Shown: piece by piece, positions 25,557-38,157 of the stretch
Layout: every line of letters starts with the position of its first letter
How positions within the stretch are numbered: position 1 is the first letter of the stretch
Source of the DNA: Pseudomonadota bacterium
GTDB lineage: Bacteria > Pseudomonadota > Gammaproteobacteria > Burkholderiales > Ferrovaceae
Assembly (NCBI GenBank): GCA_021808815.1
Contig: JAKBAT010000001.1
Location: 1-47,443 of the forward strand
Direction of reading: 5' to 3'
DNA: 47,443 nt
Made by a program: the position numbers and the translations under genes
The notes under the pieces: model-generated
What the model was told of the DNA's origin: nothing
Database searches by the model: none
What the model saw: the letters and a program-made list of their open reading frames with translations, nothing else

Positions 25557-26933
25557 TCAGGGTTTTTTGGCGGGCCGCTTCCAGCGCGCAACAGTCACCT
25601 GCTTTGATCGGGACAAGGTGAGCTGCTCCGGGGGCACCGGTGAAACAATGGTGGACCCGGCCCCGATCGTGGCGCCACGGCCCACTGTGACGGGTGCCAC
25701 GAGTTGGGTGTCGGATCCGATGAATACATCGTCCTCGATGATGGTGCGGTGTTTGTTGGCGCCATCATAGTTGCAGGTAATGGTGCCGGCGCCCACATTG
25801 ACGCGTGCGCCAACGCTCGAATCTCCCACGTACGACAGATGATTGGCCTTGGTCCCCTCGCCCAGGGTACTGTTCTTGATTTCCACAAAGTTGCCCACGT
25901 GCACCTGCTGGGCCGTGACGGTACCGGGGCGAAGGCGCGCATAGGGGCCAATCTGGCAGTCCTGCCCCACTTCCGCGCCTTCCAGGAAACTGAAGGCCTG
26001 CACCACCGAACCGGCGCCAATCCGGCAATCACGGAGAAGGCAATAGGGACCAATGCGGACACCTTCTTCCAGCACCACGTTGCCCTCGAAAACGCACCCG
26101 ATGTCGATCTGCACGTCACGACCACACTGCAACGTGCCCCGCACATCCAACCGGCGGGGGTCTGCCAGGGTCACTCCGGATTCCAGCAACCTGTCGGCAG
26201 TCTCCTCTTGAAAAATGCGTTCCAGCTGTGCCAGCTGCCTCTTGTCGTTCACACCCAGTGCCTCCCACGCATGCCCCGGGGCACAGGTGCGCACGGGCAC
26301 ACCTTCCTGCACCGCCAAGGCAATCACATCCGTCAAATAATACTCGCCTTGTGCGTTTTCGCAGGAAAGTCCGGAAAGCCAATGTTCCAGGCGGTTTGCC
26401 GGCAGGGCCATGATGCCCGTGTTGATTTCCGTAATGGTCCGTTCATGGGGAGAGGCATCCCGTTCTTCCCGGATGCCCACCACTTCCCCTGCCGGGTTGC
26501 GCAGGATGCGGCCATACCCCTTGGGGTTGGACAATTCCTGCACCAGCAAGCCGATCGCCCCACCCTGCGCCTGCAGGCATAGCGCATGCAGCGTGTAGGG
26601 TTGCAATAGCGGCACGTCTCCATACAGCACCAGTACGGTGCCATCCCGGGGTAACAACGGCAAAGCCTGCTGCAGAGCATGGCCGGTACCCCGCTGGGGT
26701 TCCTGAAGGATCCAGTGCAGGGAGGCATGGGGAAATGCGGTTTTGACGGCGGCGGCACCATGGCCGAGGACGACCACGGTGGTATGGGGCTGGAGAGAGC
26801 TGACACTGTCCAGCACATGCTGCAACAGCGCCTTGCCTGCCAGTGCATGCAACACTTTCGGCCGCGCCGACACCATGCGCTTCCCTTGCCCGGCAGCAAG
26901 GATGACAACGCTGAGGGGCGCAGTCGGGTTCAG
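25557..26933 (-). CDS. glmU: Bifunctional GlcNAc-1-P uridyltransferase / GlcN-1-P acetyltransferase GlmU (start inferred at CTG)
   Basis: The body is unmistakably GlmU, including the left-handed beta-helix hexapeptide repeats. The first ATG (26876) would remove the in-frame, uninterrupted upstream codons [13 protein letters not shown], which encode the essential nucleotide-binding motif. The only start-like codon at the expected distance is CTG 26933-26931, preceded by AAGG. Confidence 0.88.
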   Translation of the reverse strand: MNPTAPLSVVILAAGQGKRMVSARPKVLHALAGKALLQHVLDSVSSLQPHTTVVVLGHGAAAVKTAFPHASLHWILQEPQRGTGHALQQALPLLPRDGTVLVLYGDVPLLQPYTLHALCLQAQGGAIGLLVQELSNPKGYGRILRNPAGEVVGIREERDASPHERTITEINTGIMALPANRLEHWLSGLSCENAQGEYYLTDVIALAVQEGVPVRTCAPGHAWEALGVNDKRQLAQLERIFQEETADRLLESGVTLADPRRLDVRGTLQCGRDVQIDIGCVFEGNVVLEEGVRIGPYCLLRDCRIGAGSVVQAFSFLEGAEVGQDCQIGPYARLRPGTVTAQQVHVGNFVEIKNSTLGEGTKANHLSYVGDSSVGARVNVGAGTITCNYDGANKHRTIIEDDVFIGSDTQLVAPVTVGRGATIGAGSTIVSPVPPEQLTLSRSKQVTVARWKRPAKKP

Positions 26934-27355
26934 TGTTCGGCCTTGCGCAACCTCTTGATGGTTGCGAGTTGCGCCATGGCATCGGCCAGTTCTGCCGTTG
27001 CCTTGGCATAATCGATTTCGACAGATCGGTCGTGCAGCGCTTCTTCTGCGAGGCGTTTGGCTTCCAGCGCCTTGGCTTCATCCAGATCATGACCGCGTAC
27101 GGCAGAATCTGCCAGCACGGTGACGCTGTCGGGCTGCACTTCCAGAATGCCCCCTGAAACGAATACCAGTTCTTCTGCGGCCTGCCCGGGCAAACGCAGC
27201 CGGACAGCACCGGGACGGATGCGGGTAATCAGCGGCGTATGCCGGGGATAAATGCCCAGTTCGCCCAGTTCGCCTGGCAGCACCACGAATTCGGCCTGCC
27301 CCGAAAAAATCTGCCCTTCGGCACTGACAACGTCCACCTGGACCAGGTTTGCCAT
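26930..27355 (-). CDS. atpC: F1 ATP synthase epsilon subunit
   Basis: 141 aa. N-terminal beta-sandwich pattern ([31 protein letters not shown]). Last gene of the atp operon. Confidence 0.93.
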   Translation of the reverse strand: MANLVQVDVVSAEGQIFSGQAEFVVLPGELGELGIYPRHTPLITRIRPGAVRLRLPGQAAEELVFVSGGILEVQPDSVTVLADSAVRGHDLDEAKALEAKRLAEEALHDRSVEIDYAKATAELADAMAQLATIKRLRKAEH

Positions 27356-27367
27356 TTCGATGCTCCT

Positions 27368-28756
<1,389 letters not shown>

Positions 28757-28782
28757 CTAATCATTAGCTATATGAAATGGAT

Positions 28783-29658
28783 TCAAACCGCAGCGGCGCC
28801 GCCGACAATTTCGGACAGTTCCTTGGTAATCGCCGCCTGGCGGGATTTGTTGTAAATCAGCTGCAGCTCGTCGATCACGTTGCCCGCATTGTCGGACGCG
28901 GCCTTCATGGCCACCATCCGGGCACTCTGCTCAGAAGCAATGTTTTCCGCAACAGCCTGATAGATCAGGGCCTCGGCATAGCGCACCATCAATTCGTCGA
29001 CGACGATCCGGGGATCCGGTTCGTAAATGTAATCCCACGCGGCGGCTTCCTGACGCGTTTCGCCTTCCAGCAACTTGTTGGGCAGGGGCAACAGCGCTTC
29101 CACGACGGGTTCCTGCTTCATGGTGTTGACAAAACGGTTATAGGCCAGGTACACCGCATCCACCTTGCCTTCCACGTACAGATCCAGCATCACTTTCAGC
29201 GGCCCGATGAGTCTTTCCAGATGCGGCGTATCCCCCAGATAGACCAATTGGGACACAACCGGTACGCCCATTCTTTGCAGAAAACCGAGTCCCTTGTTGC
29301 CGATGGCCACGGCTTGCGGTCGGGCGCCACCATCTTCCCACTGCTTCATGGATTGCGTGACCAGGCGCAGCAGGTTGGTATTCAATCCGCCGCACAACCC
29401 CTTGTCGGAGGTGACCACCACGACGCCCACGTTCTGCACCTGCTCGCGCCGGACAAGAAATGGGTGGCGGTACTCCGGATGGGCCTGTGCGAGATGGGAA
29501 GCCACCTTGCGGATTTTGTCACCGTAGGGTCGGGTAGCACGCATGCGTTCCTGCGCCTTGCGCATTTTGCTTGCGGCCACCATTTCCATCGCCTTGGTGA
29601 TCTTGCGCGTATTCTGTACGCTTTTGATCTTGATCCGGATTTCTTTTGAACCCGCCAT
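28783..29658 (-). CDS. atpG: F1 ATP synthase gamma subunit
   Basis: Starts at ATG 29658 ([36 protein letters not shown]). 291 aa. The upstream extension in the track overlaps atpA. Confidence 0.95.
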   Translation of the reverse strand: MAGSKEIRIKIKSVQNTRKITKAMEMVAASKMRKAQERMRATRPYGDKIRKVASHLAQAHPEYRHPFLVRREQVQNVGVVVVTSDKGLCGGLNTNLLRLVTQSMKQWEDGGARPQAVAIGNKGLGFLQRMGVPVVSQLVYLGDTPHLERLIGPLKVMLDLYVEGKVDAVYLAYNRFVNTMKQEPVVEALLPLPNKLLEGETRQEAAAWDYIYEPDPRIVVDELMVRYAEALIYQAVAENIASEQSARMVAMKAASDNAGNVIDELQLIYNKSRQAAITKELSEIVGGAAAV

Positions 29659-29683
29659 TTCTCTGCTCCGTCGCCTGCCAGAA

Positions 29684-31225
29684 TCAATACACGCCAGTGA
29701 TCTTGAAGTCCTGAATGGCTGCATCCAGGGCTTTTTCCGTTTCGCCATCCAGGTCCTGTGTCGCGGCAATCTTGTCCACAATCGCGGCATACTTGGTTTT
29801 CAAGAAAACCCGCAAGCCTGCTTCGAATGCCAGGGCACGCTTCACATCCACATCGTCGTAATAGCCCTTGTTGACCGAAAACAGCGTAACGGCCATTTCA
29901 GCAACGGACAGGGTGGCATACTGTGCCTGTTTCATGAGTTCCGTGACCATGCGTCCCCGCTCCAGCTGCTTGCGGGTGGCATCGTCCAGATCGGAGGCAA
30001 ACTGGGCAAATGCAGCCAATTCGCGATACTGTGCCAGCGCCAGGCGAACGCCTCCCCCAAGCTTCTTGATCACCTTGGTCTGGGCGGCCCCACCCACCCG
30101 CGAAACGGAAATACCGGCATTGATGGCAGGCCGTATCCCCGCATTGAACAGGTCGGTTTCAAGAAAAATCTGCCCGTCGGTAATGGAAATCACATTGGTG
30201 GGCACGAAGGCCGTCACGTCGCCAGCCTGCGTTTCAATGATGGGAAGTGCCGTCAGGGAGCCCGTTTTGCCCTTGACCGTACCTTTGGTTTCACGCTCCA
30301 CGTACTCTTCGTTCACGCGAGCGGCCCGTTCCAGCAAACGGGAATGCAGATAGAACACGTCGCCGGGATACGCCTCGCGGCCGGGAGGGCGACGCAATAG
30401 CAGGGAAATCTGGCGGTAGGCCCAGGCCTGTTTGGTCAAATCGTCATAGATGATCAACGCATCCTGCCCACGATCCCTGAAATATTCCCCCATCGAACAG
30501 CCTGAATAGGGTGCAATGAATTGCATGGCTGCGGAATCGGAAGCCGTCGCTGCAACGACGATGGTGTATTCCATCGCACCATGTTCTTCCAGTTTGCGCA
30601 CCACGTTGGCAATGGACGAGGCTTTTTGCCCGATGGCCACGTAGATGCAGGTCATGTTCTGACCTTTCTGGTTGATGATGGTATCCACGGCAACCGCCGT
30701 TTTCCCGGTCTGACGGTCACCGATGATGAGTTCGCGCTGCCCGCGACCAATCGGCACCATGGAATCCACCGATTTGAGGCCAGTCTGCACCGGCTGGGAC
30801 ACCGACTTTCTCCAGATCACGCCAGGCGCAATTTTTTCAATGGGGGAAGTCAGCTTTGCGCTCACCGGGCCTTTGCCATCGATCGGTTTTCCCAGGGCAT
30901 CGACGACGCGTCCAATCAATTCCGGCCCCACGGGGACTTCCAGGATCCGGCCGGTACAGGTCACCGTATCCCCTTCGCTGATGTGTTCGTAGTCACCCAG
31001 CACCACAGCGCCCACGGAGTCACGTTCAAGATTCAGTGCCAGGCCAAAGGTGCTTTTGGGAAACTCGACCATTTCCCCCTGCATGACATCGGACAACCCA
31101 TGAATGCGGACAATGCCGTCCGTGACAGACACCACGGTACCCTGGGTACGTGCCTCTGCCGTAATGGGAAGATTCTGGATCTTCGCCTTGATCAGTTCGC
31201 TAATTTCCGACGGGTTCAACTGCAT
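29684..31225 (-). CDS. atpA: F1 ATP synthase alpha subunit
   Basis: Starts at ATG 31225 ([13 protein letters not shown]...). Walker A GDRQTGKT. 513 aa. Confidence 0.98.
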   Translation of the reverse strand: MQLNPSEISELIKAKIQNLPITAEARTQGTVVSVTDGIVRIHGLSDVMQGEMVEFPKSTFGLALNLERDSVGAVVLGDYEHISEGDTVTCTGRILEVPVGPELIGRVVDALGKPIDGKGPVSAKLTSPIEKIAPGVIWRKSVSQPVQTGLKSVDSMVPIGRGQRELIIGDRQTGKTAVAVDTIINQKGQNMTCIYVAIGQKASSIANVVRKLEEHGAMEYTIVVAATASDSAAMQFIAPYSGCSMGEYFRDRGQDALIIYDDLTKQAWAYRQISLLLRRPPGREAYPGDVFYLHSRLLERAARVNEEYVERETKGTVKGKTGSLTALPIIETQAGDVTAFVPTNVISITDGQIFLETDLFNAGIRPAINAGISVSRVGGAAQTKVIKKLGGGVRLALAQYRELAAFAQFASDLDDATRKQLERGRMVTELMKQAQYATLSVAEMAVTLFSVNKGYYDDVDVKRALAFEAGLRVFLKTKYAAIVDKIAATQDLDGETEKALDAAIQDFKITGVY

Positions 31226-31272
31226 GGTGTTCTCCTGAAGGGAGGATGCTTCGTGGCATCCCACCCTGTGCT

Positions 31273-31809
31273 TTAACGTTTTAAGGCGATCGCCATCTGG
31301 TCAATGCGGGCGCGGACGGATCCATCGATCACCACATCTCCCACGGTCACTTTGACGCCACCGATCAGGGCAGCGTCGAGCATCACTTCCGGCCTGATTT
31401 TCTTGGCAAAGCGTCGTTCCAGATCCTGCACCAGGTTGCCCAGCTCTTCCGCCGACAACTCGAATGCAGTCACGATCAGGGCATCCAGCTCCCCTTCCTG
31501 TTGATGGCGCAAAGCTTCGAACTGGCGACTGATGGCCGGCAAAACGGCAACGCGATGACTTTCGATCAGCAGCCGGATCAACTGACGCGCTTCTTCATCC
31601 AGCCTGTCTCCACAAACCGAAAAAATGACGTTTTCGAGTTGCTCGCGGCTAACCCGCGGATTTCCCACCAGCGCGGCCATGTCCGGGTCGCTGGCCACGG
31701 CTGCCAGCCACTGCAGGGTCTGCGACCAGCGTGCCACACTGTGGGTTTCCAGTGCCAGTTTGAATACTGCTTCGCCATAAGGACGGGCAATCGTGATGAT
31801 CTCTGCCAT
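31273..31809 (-). CDS. atpH: F1 ATP synthase delta subunit
   Basis: 178 aa. Assigned from operon position and an OSCP-like N-terminus ([13 protein letters not shown]). Confidence 0.9.
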   Translation of the reverse strand: MAEIITIARPYGEAVFKLALETHSVARWSQTLQWLAAVASDPDMAALVGNPRVSREQLENVIFSVCGDRLDEEARQLIRLLIESHRVAVLPAISRQFEALRHQQEGELDALIVTAFELSAEELGNLVQDLERRFAKKIRPEVMLDAALIGGVKVTVGDVVIDGSVRARIDQMAIALKR

Positions 31810-31817
31810 GGTGTCCC

Positions 31818-32288
31818 TTACAGTTCAGTACGAATGGAAGCCAGAAGTTCCGAGTGCGCCTGCGCATTGATTTCACGGCGCAGGATTTTCTCGGCCCCGG
31901 CAACGGCCAGATCGGCAACCCGGTCGCGTAAGGCTTCCCGGGCACGCATGACTTCCTGGTCCACTTCTGCCTTGGCCTGTGCAATCACGCGATCAGCTTC
32001 GGTTTTGGCTTCCTGACGGGCTTCCTCGATGATTTCATGGCGCCGTTTTTCGGACAGCGCAATGATTTCCGCAGCCTTTGCCTTGGCCTCATTGAGTGCT
32101 TCAGCCGAACGTTGCTCTGCCCGGACCAGATCCTGCTTGCCACGTTCCGCCGCTGCCAAGCCATCGGCAATTTTGCGGGCCCGCTCTTCAAGCGCCGCAA
32201 CAATGGGGGGCCATACAAACTTCATGGTGAACCAGATCAGGATCGCAAAAGTGATGGCCTGACCAATTAATGTGGCATTGATATTCAT
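31818..32288 (-). CDS. atpF: Fo ATP synthase subunit b
   Basis: 156 aa with a single N-terminal TM segment followed by a long charged helix. Operon position supports the call. Confidence 0.92.
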   Translation of the reverse strand: MNINATLIGQAITFAILIWFTMKFVWPPIVAALEERARKIADGLAAAERGKQDLVRAEQRSAEALNEAKAKAAEIIALSEKRRHEIIEEARQEAKTEADRVIAQAKAEVDQEVMRAREALRDRVADLAVAGAEKILRREINAQAHSELLASIRTEL

Positions 32289-32317
32289 GCCTGTGCTCCC
32301 AAAGTTTCGGCTGACCC

Positions 32318-32593
<276 letters not shown>

Positions 32594-32667
32594 TTAAAAT
32601 CTACTTCACGAGTTAATGACAAATGGTGTACTGCTTAAACCTCAAATAACTGTCTTCACCGCACCGG

Positions 32668-33803
<1,136 letters not shown>

Positions 33804-33828
33804 CAGAAGGCGCCTGCCAAACGGCGGG

Positions 33829-33858
33829 ATTATAAACTCGGTTACAAAGATGGGTCAA
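33829..33858 (-). promoter_or_regulatory. Candidate sigma70 promoter of the atp operon (TTGACC-18 nt-TATAAT)
   Basis: Read on the - strand: -35 TTGACC (33858-33853), 18-nt spacer, consensus -10 TATAAT (33834-33829), about 25 nt upstream of the atpI start and just after the parB stop. Confidence 0.5.
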
Positions 33859-33867
33859 TGATGGCAA

Positions 33868-34704
33868 TCAAGCGCGCAGGAGTTGCAGCAGCCCTTCCAG
33901 CTGGTCCAGGCTGTGGTAACGGATGGAGAGCGACCCCGACCCACCCCGACCTGTTTTGAACGTGACAGAAGCCCCGAGCCGGTCAGACAGCTCTTCCTGG
34001 AGCGCCAGGATGTCGCGCGCAGGTTGTCGGGGAGCCGGCAAACGCCCCGCGAGCTGTCGCTGCACCCGGCGTTCCGTTTCCCGGACAGACCAGCCATTTG
34101 CCACCACGGCGGCAGCCACTGCAGGCTGGTGGCCGGCAGGCAGCGCCAGCAATGCGCGGGCATGCCCCATTTCCAGTCGGCCTTCCATGAGAAGTGTGCG
34201 CACACTCTCGTTCAAATTCAGCAAGCGCAGCAAATTTGAAACAGCGCTGCGCGAACGCCCCACGGCAGAGGCGGCACTTTCATGGGTCATGCCGAATTCC
34301 CGGATCAGGCGTTCCAGTCCCTGCGCCTCTTCGAGGGGGTTCAGGTCTTCGCGCTGGATATTTTCGATCAGCGCGACAGCCAGGGTGGCTTCATCCGGTA
34401 TGGCGCGCACCAGCACCGGGATTTCCGTCAACCCGGCAAGCTGCGCAGCACGCCATCGCCGCTCGCCCGCGATAAGTTCATAGCCGCCTGCGGCAATCGG
34501 CCTGACCAGCACGGGCTGCAACAGCCCCTGGGCACGGATGGACTCGCTCAATTCTGCAAGCGCTGCCGCATCCATGCGCGTACGGGGCTGGTATTTGCCG
34601 GGCTGTATCGCGTTTACCGGCAGCGAAGTGGGGAGTTGGGCGGGCACGGATTCGGTTCCGAGAAGAGCGTCCAGACCGCGCCCCAGGCCTTTTGCTTTCA
34701 CCAT
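33868..34704 (-). CDS. parB: Chromosome partitioning protein ParB
   Basis: 278 aa. ParB box motifs (LLQPVLVRP, GERRWRAAQLAG, IENIQREDLNPLEEA). Confidence 0.95.
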   Translation of the reverse strand: MVKAKGLGRGLDALLGTESVPAQLPTSLPVNAIQPGKYQPRTRMDAAALAELSESIRAQGLLQPVLVRPIAAGGYELIAGERRWRAAQLAGLTEIPVLVRAIPDEATLAVALIENIQREDLNPLEEAQGLERLIREFGMTHESAASAVGRSRSAVSNLLRLLNLNESVRTLLMEGRLEMGHARALLALPAGHQPAVAAAVVANGWSVRETERRVQRQLAGRLPAPRQPARDILALQEELSDRLGASVTFKTGRGGSGSLSIRYHSLDQLEGLLQLLRA

Positions 34705-34726
34705 GATATTTCCTTAGGAATCATCA

Positions 34727-35503
34727 TCAAGAGGGAGATGCGCGAAACCGGTCCATCATTTCATGGGCCAGCTGCAGGTACGCCTGGGCCCCTTTTGAGG
34801 CCGGATCGTATTTGAGCGCGGGGAGGCCGTGGCTGGGTGCCTCCGCCAACCGCACATTTCTGGGAATGGCCGTCCGGTACACCTTTTCACCGAAATGTTG
34901 CTCCAGCTGGGCCGAGACCTGTTGTGCCAATGCGTTGCGCGGGTCCAGCATGGTACGTAGCAGACCCTCGATTTCAAGCCCGGTATTGAGATGCCCCCGC
35001 ACCCGCCGAATGGTTTGTACCAGATCGGATAACCCCTCGAGGGCGTAATATTCGCACTGCATGGGAATCAGCACCCGCATGGCAGCAACCAACCCGTTGA
35101 TGGTCAGCAGATTCAGGGCAGGCGGACAATCCAGAAGGATCATGTCATATTCGTGTGCGATGTCGGACAACGCCAGGCGCAGTCGGTACTCGCGGTCTTC
35201 GGCGTTCACCAGCTCGACTTCGGCTCCGGCCAGTTCTCGGTTGGCTGGCAGGATGTCGTATCCCCCTGCGGAAGAACGGTGCCGGACCGCCCGTGCCTCC
35301 GACTGCCCCAGTAAAACGTGATAGATCGACTGTGTCAGGGCCTGCTTCTCGATGCCGCTGCCCGTGGTGGCGTTGCCTTGTGGGTCGAGATCCACCAGCA
35401 GCACACGAAGCCCGAGGGAGGCCAGGCTTGCCGCCACATTCACCACCGTGGTCGTTTTACCCACCCCGCCTTTCTGGTTGGTCACGGCCAGTACGCGGGT
35501 CAT
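34727..35503 (-). CDS. parA: Chromosome partitioning ATPase ParA (Soj)
   Basis: 258 aa. Deviant Walker A NQKGGVGKTTT. The start overlaps the rsmG stop (ATGA). Confidence 0.95.
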   Translation of the reverse strand: MTRVLAVTNQKGGVGKTTTVVNVAASLASLGLRVLLVDLDPQGNATTGSGIEKQALTQSIYHVLLGQSEARAVRHRSSAGGYDILPANRELAGAEVELVNAEDREYRLRLALSDIAHEYDMILLDCPPALNLLTINGLVAAMRVLIPMQCEYYALEGLSDLVQTIRRVRGHLNTGLEIEGLLRTMLDPRNALAQQVSAQLEQHFGEKVYRTAIPRNVRLAEAPSHGLPALKYDPASKGAQAYLQLAHEMMDRFRASPS

Positions 35504-36129
35504 GACAAAGGGCTTCCCAAGATGACCAGATGGCGTTCCGCCGCCAACTGGGGTACGGCCACCGGAACCACTTCCGGCACCACGCCCGGCCCCAATCGAT
35601 TGAGTTCTTCGAAGGGCACGACGCCCTTCATGGCAATCAACACGCCACCCGGTGCCAGCAACCGCCGGGCCCCCGCCACGAAATCCGGCAGGTCTGAAAA
35701 CGCCCGCGAAGTGATGGCGTCAAACCGGGCTTCGGTTTGCCAGGATTCCACGCGTTCGGCGACCACCTCGACATGTTCGAGTTCCAGTTCCAGCTTTACC
35801 TGCCTGAGAAAGGCTGCCTTTTTCTGATTGGGTTCCAACAGCGTCACTTGCAACGCCGGCAAGGCAATCGCCAGGGGAATCCCCGGCATGCCGCCACCGC
35901 TCCCCACATCGAGCAAACGGGTTTTCCCCGCGAGATGGGGTACTACGGTAAGGCTGTCCAGCAAGTGCAAAGTCACCATATGTGGACGCTGGCGTACTGC
36001 CGTCAGGTTGATGACGGCATTCCACTTTTCCAGCAGGTCCAGATAAGCGCCGAACTGGTTTTCCGCCGCATCGGGCAACTGCAGACCGAGGGTGGCAACC
36101 CCTTCCATCAAACCCGGATTGCGCGTCAT
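35500..36129 (-). CDS. rsmG: 16S rRNA (guanine527-N7)-methyltransferase
   Basis: The GidB-like region starts at ATG 36129 ([10 protein letters not shown]...[14 protein letters not shown]; SAM site [16 protein letters not shown]). The 172-codon upstream extension in the track overlaps mnmG out of frame. The start overlaps the mnmG stop (ATGA). Confidence 0.92.
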   Translation of the reverse strand: MTRNPGLMEGVATLGLQLPDAAENQFGAYLDLLEKWNAVINLTAVRQRPHMVTLHLLDSLTVVPHLAGKTRLLDVGSGGGMPGIPLAIALPALQVTLLEPNQKKAAFLRQVKLELELEHVEVVAERVESWQTEARFDAITSRAFSDLPDFVAGARRLLAPGGVLIAMKGVVPFEELNRLGPGVVPEVVPVAVPQLAAERHLVILGSPLS

Positions 36130-38030
36130 GCCGAACGCTCCAGAGAAGACCTTGAAGCGGCGGGCCGGCGCAAGTGCACCAGCAAAAGCGCGATGGCCGC
36201 CGGTGTCACCCCGGCAATGCGCCCCGCCTGTCCCACCGTTTGTGGCCGATGTCGGGTCAGCAGCTGTTCCACTTCGCGCGACAAACCGCGCACCTGCGAA
36301 TAATCCAGCCGATCGGGAATCTCCAGGCTTTCCTGGTCCCGGTGTCGTGCAACTTCTTCCTGCTGGCGCAGGATGTACCCTTCGTATTTGACCTGCACCT
36401 CGACCTGATCCGTAACGGCAGCCTCCAGAGGTTCTGGAGAGGCCGCCCCTGGCAATGTCACCAGTTCGGCATAAGTGACCTGGGGTCGGCGCAGCAGTTC
36501 CTGCAAAGGTTGGTCGCGTTCCAGTGCCTGTCCCAGCACACGTGCCGCCTCGAAGGGGGGGACCGAGGCGCTGCGCAGCCAGGTGGCCCGCAGGCGTTGA
36601 ATCTCGCGCTCGATTTTCTCCCTTTTGGTTTCGAAGGCCTGCCACCGCACATCGGAAACCAGGCCCAGCCGTCGGCCTTGCTCGGTCAACCGTAGATCTG
36701 CATTGTCTTCGCGCAGCTGTAGCCGGTATTCGGCACGGCTCGTAAACATGCGATAGGGTTCGGTGACACCGCGAGTTACCAGGTCATCCACCAAAACGCC
36801 CAGATAGGCCTCATGACGCTGGGGCCACCAGGGTTCACGCCCCTTTGCCAGTCGTGCCGCATTCACGCCGGCAAGCAATCCTTGCGCAGCCGCTTCTTCA
36901 TAACCCGTTGTGCCATTGATCTGCCCGGCAAAGAACAACCCCTGGATCGCCCGCGTTTCCAGGGAAGCTTTCAGGGCACGGGGGTCGAAGTAATCGTACT
37001 CGATGGCATACCCTGGACGCAGGATATGCGCCTGTTCCAGGCCGGGAATCGAACGTACCAGGTCCCACTGCACGTCGAAGGGCAGGCTGGTGGAAATGCC
37101 GTTGGGATACACCTCGTGTGTCGTCAGGCCCTCCGGTTCCAGAAATATCTGGTGCGAGGTCTTGTCGCCGAAACGATGGATCTTGTCTTCGATGGAAGGA
37201 CAATAACGTGGGCCCACCCCTTCAATCACCCCGGTAAACAAGGGGGAGCGGTCCAGTCCAGCACGAATGATGTCATGCGTCCGTTCCGTCGTATGCGTGA
37301 TCCAGCAGCTGATTTGCCGGGGATGCTGGTCCTGTTTTCCCAGAAAGGAAAACACCGGGGTTGGTTCGTCTCCCGGTTGTGCCTCAAGCTTTTCGTAGTC
37401 AATGGAGCGTCCATCGAGACGGGGGGGCGTCCCTGTCTTCAACCGCCCGGCAGGTAGCGCCAGTTCGCGCAGCTGACGTGCCAGCGTCACGGCCGGCGGA
37501 TCCCCTGCCCTGCCGCCAGGATGCTGCGCAAGCCCCACATGCATCAATCCGGAAAGAAAGGTTCCCGTCGTGAGAACGACCGTGGGGGCTTCAAAACGCA
37601 CGCCCATGTGGGTTGTAACGCCCCTGACCTCCCCCGCATGGACGATCAGGTCATCGACGGGTTGTTGAAACAGGGTCAAGCCTGGCTGGTTTTCCAGTGC
37701 GGCCCGAATGAATTGCCGGTACAGGACACGATCTGCCTGGGCGCGTGTCGCCCGCACTGCCGGCCCCTTGCGGGAATTGAGAATGCGGAACTGGATGCCG
37801 GACGCATCGGCGGCACTGGCCATCACCCCACCCAGCGCATCCACCTCTTTGACCAGATGCCCTTTCCCGATCCCGCCAATGGAGGGATTACAAGACATTT
37901 GCCCCAGGGTCTCGAGACTGTGGGTCAGCAGCAGTGTTTCACACCCGGAACGCGCTGCTGCCAGAGCCGCCTCTGTTCCGGCATGGCCTCCGCCCACCAC
38001 AATCACGTCAAATTTTTTTGGGAAATGCAT
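36126..38030 (-). CDS. mnmG: tRNA uridine 5-carboxymethylaminomethyl modification enzyme MnmG (GidA)
   Basis: Starts at ATG 38030 ([27 protein letters not shown]). 634 aa, GidA-like throughout. Confidence 0.96.
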   Translation of the reverse strand: MHFPKKFDVIVVGGGHAGTEAALAAARSGCETLLLTHSLETLGQMSCNPSIGGIGKGHLVKEVDALGGVMASAADASGIQFRILNSRKGPAVRATRAQADRVLYRQFIRAALENQPGLTLFQQPVDDLIVHAGEVRGVTTHMGVRFEAPTVVLTTGTFLSGLMHVGLAQHPGGRAGDPPAVTLARQLRELALPAGRLKTGTPPRLDGRSIDYEKLEAQPGDEPTPVFSFLGKQDQHPRQISCWITHTTERTHDIIRAGLDRSPLFTGVIEGVGPRYCPSIEDKIHRFGDKTSHQIFLEPEGLTTHEVYPNGISTSLPFDVQWDLVRSIPGLEQAHILRPGYAIEYDYFDPRALKASLETRAIQGLFFAGQINGTTGYEEAAAQGLLAGVNAARLAKGREPWWPQRHEAYLGVLVDDLVTRGVTEPYRMFTSRAEYRLQLREDNADLRLTEQGRRLGLVSDVRWQAFETKREKIEREIQRLRATWLRSASVPPFEAARVLGQALERDQPLQELLRRPQVTYAELVTLPGAASPEPLEAAVTDQVEVQVKYEGYILRQQEEVARHRDQESLEIPDRLDYSQVRGLSREVEQLLTRHRPQTVGQAGRIAGVTPAAIALLLVHLRRPAASRSSLERSA

Positions 38031-38097
38031 GGGGAACCGGCGCATGCTTAAATTTGCAGGACCTGCATGATACTGCATAGTGTTTGAAACACTCAAA

Positions 38098-38137
38098 CCT
38101 CCGCAGGTTTCTGTTTCACGTGAAACCAGACCGGAGG
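38098..38137 (-). terminator. Possible mnmE terminator/attenuator hairpin that contains parS-1
   Basis: Outer stem CCTCCG (38098-38103) / CGGAGG (38132-38137) encloses an 8-bp inner stem made by the parS palindrome. On the - strand it is followed by UUUGAGUGUUU. The U-tract is imperfect. Confidence 0.35.
38112..38127. promoter_or_regulatory. parS: parS centromere-like ParB binding site 1 (TGTTTCACGTGAAACC)
   Basis: 15/16 match to the conserved palindromic parS consensus TGTTNCACGTGAAACA. The core GTTTCACGTGAAAC is a perfect 14-bp palindrome. It lies about 2.6 kb from the parA start. Confidence 0.8.
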
Positions 38138-38141
38138 GCTG

Positions 38142-38157
38142 TGTTTCACGTGAAACC
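38142..38157. promoter_or_regulatory. parS: parS centromere-like ParB binding site 2 (TGTTTCACGTGAAACC)
   Basis: This 16-mer is identical to site 1 and lies exactly 30 bp away. Its last base overlaps the mnmE stop codon. Confidence 0.8.

Noticed and set aside
26333-26908. A 191-aa alternative-frame ORF (TTG start) over the glmU 5' region, considered as evidence of a frameshift or pseudogene.
   Set aside because: The GlmU frame itself is uninterrupted from [13 protein letters not shown] onward, so no frameshift is needed. The alternative frame encodes Cys/Arg/Trp-rich nonsense.
36130-36645. A 172-codon N-terminal extension of the rsmG ORF. Similar upstream extensions exist for atpG, atpA, mnmG, yidC, mrcA, thiE, hemL and aroK.
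   Set aside because: The extensions overlap the preceding conserved gene out of frame. The homologous protein sequence starts at an internal ATG that gives the family-typical length.
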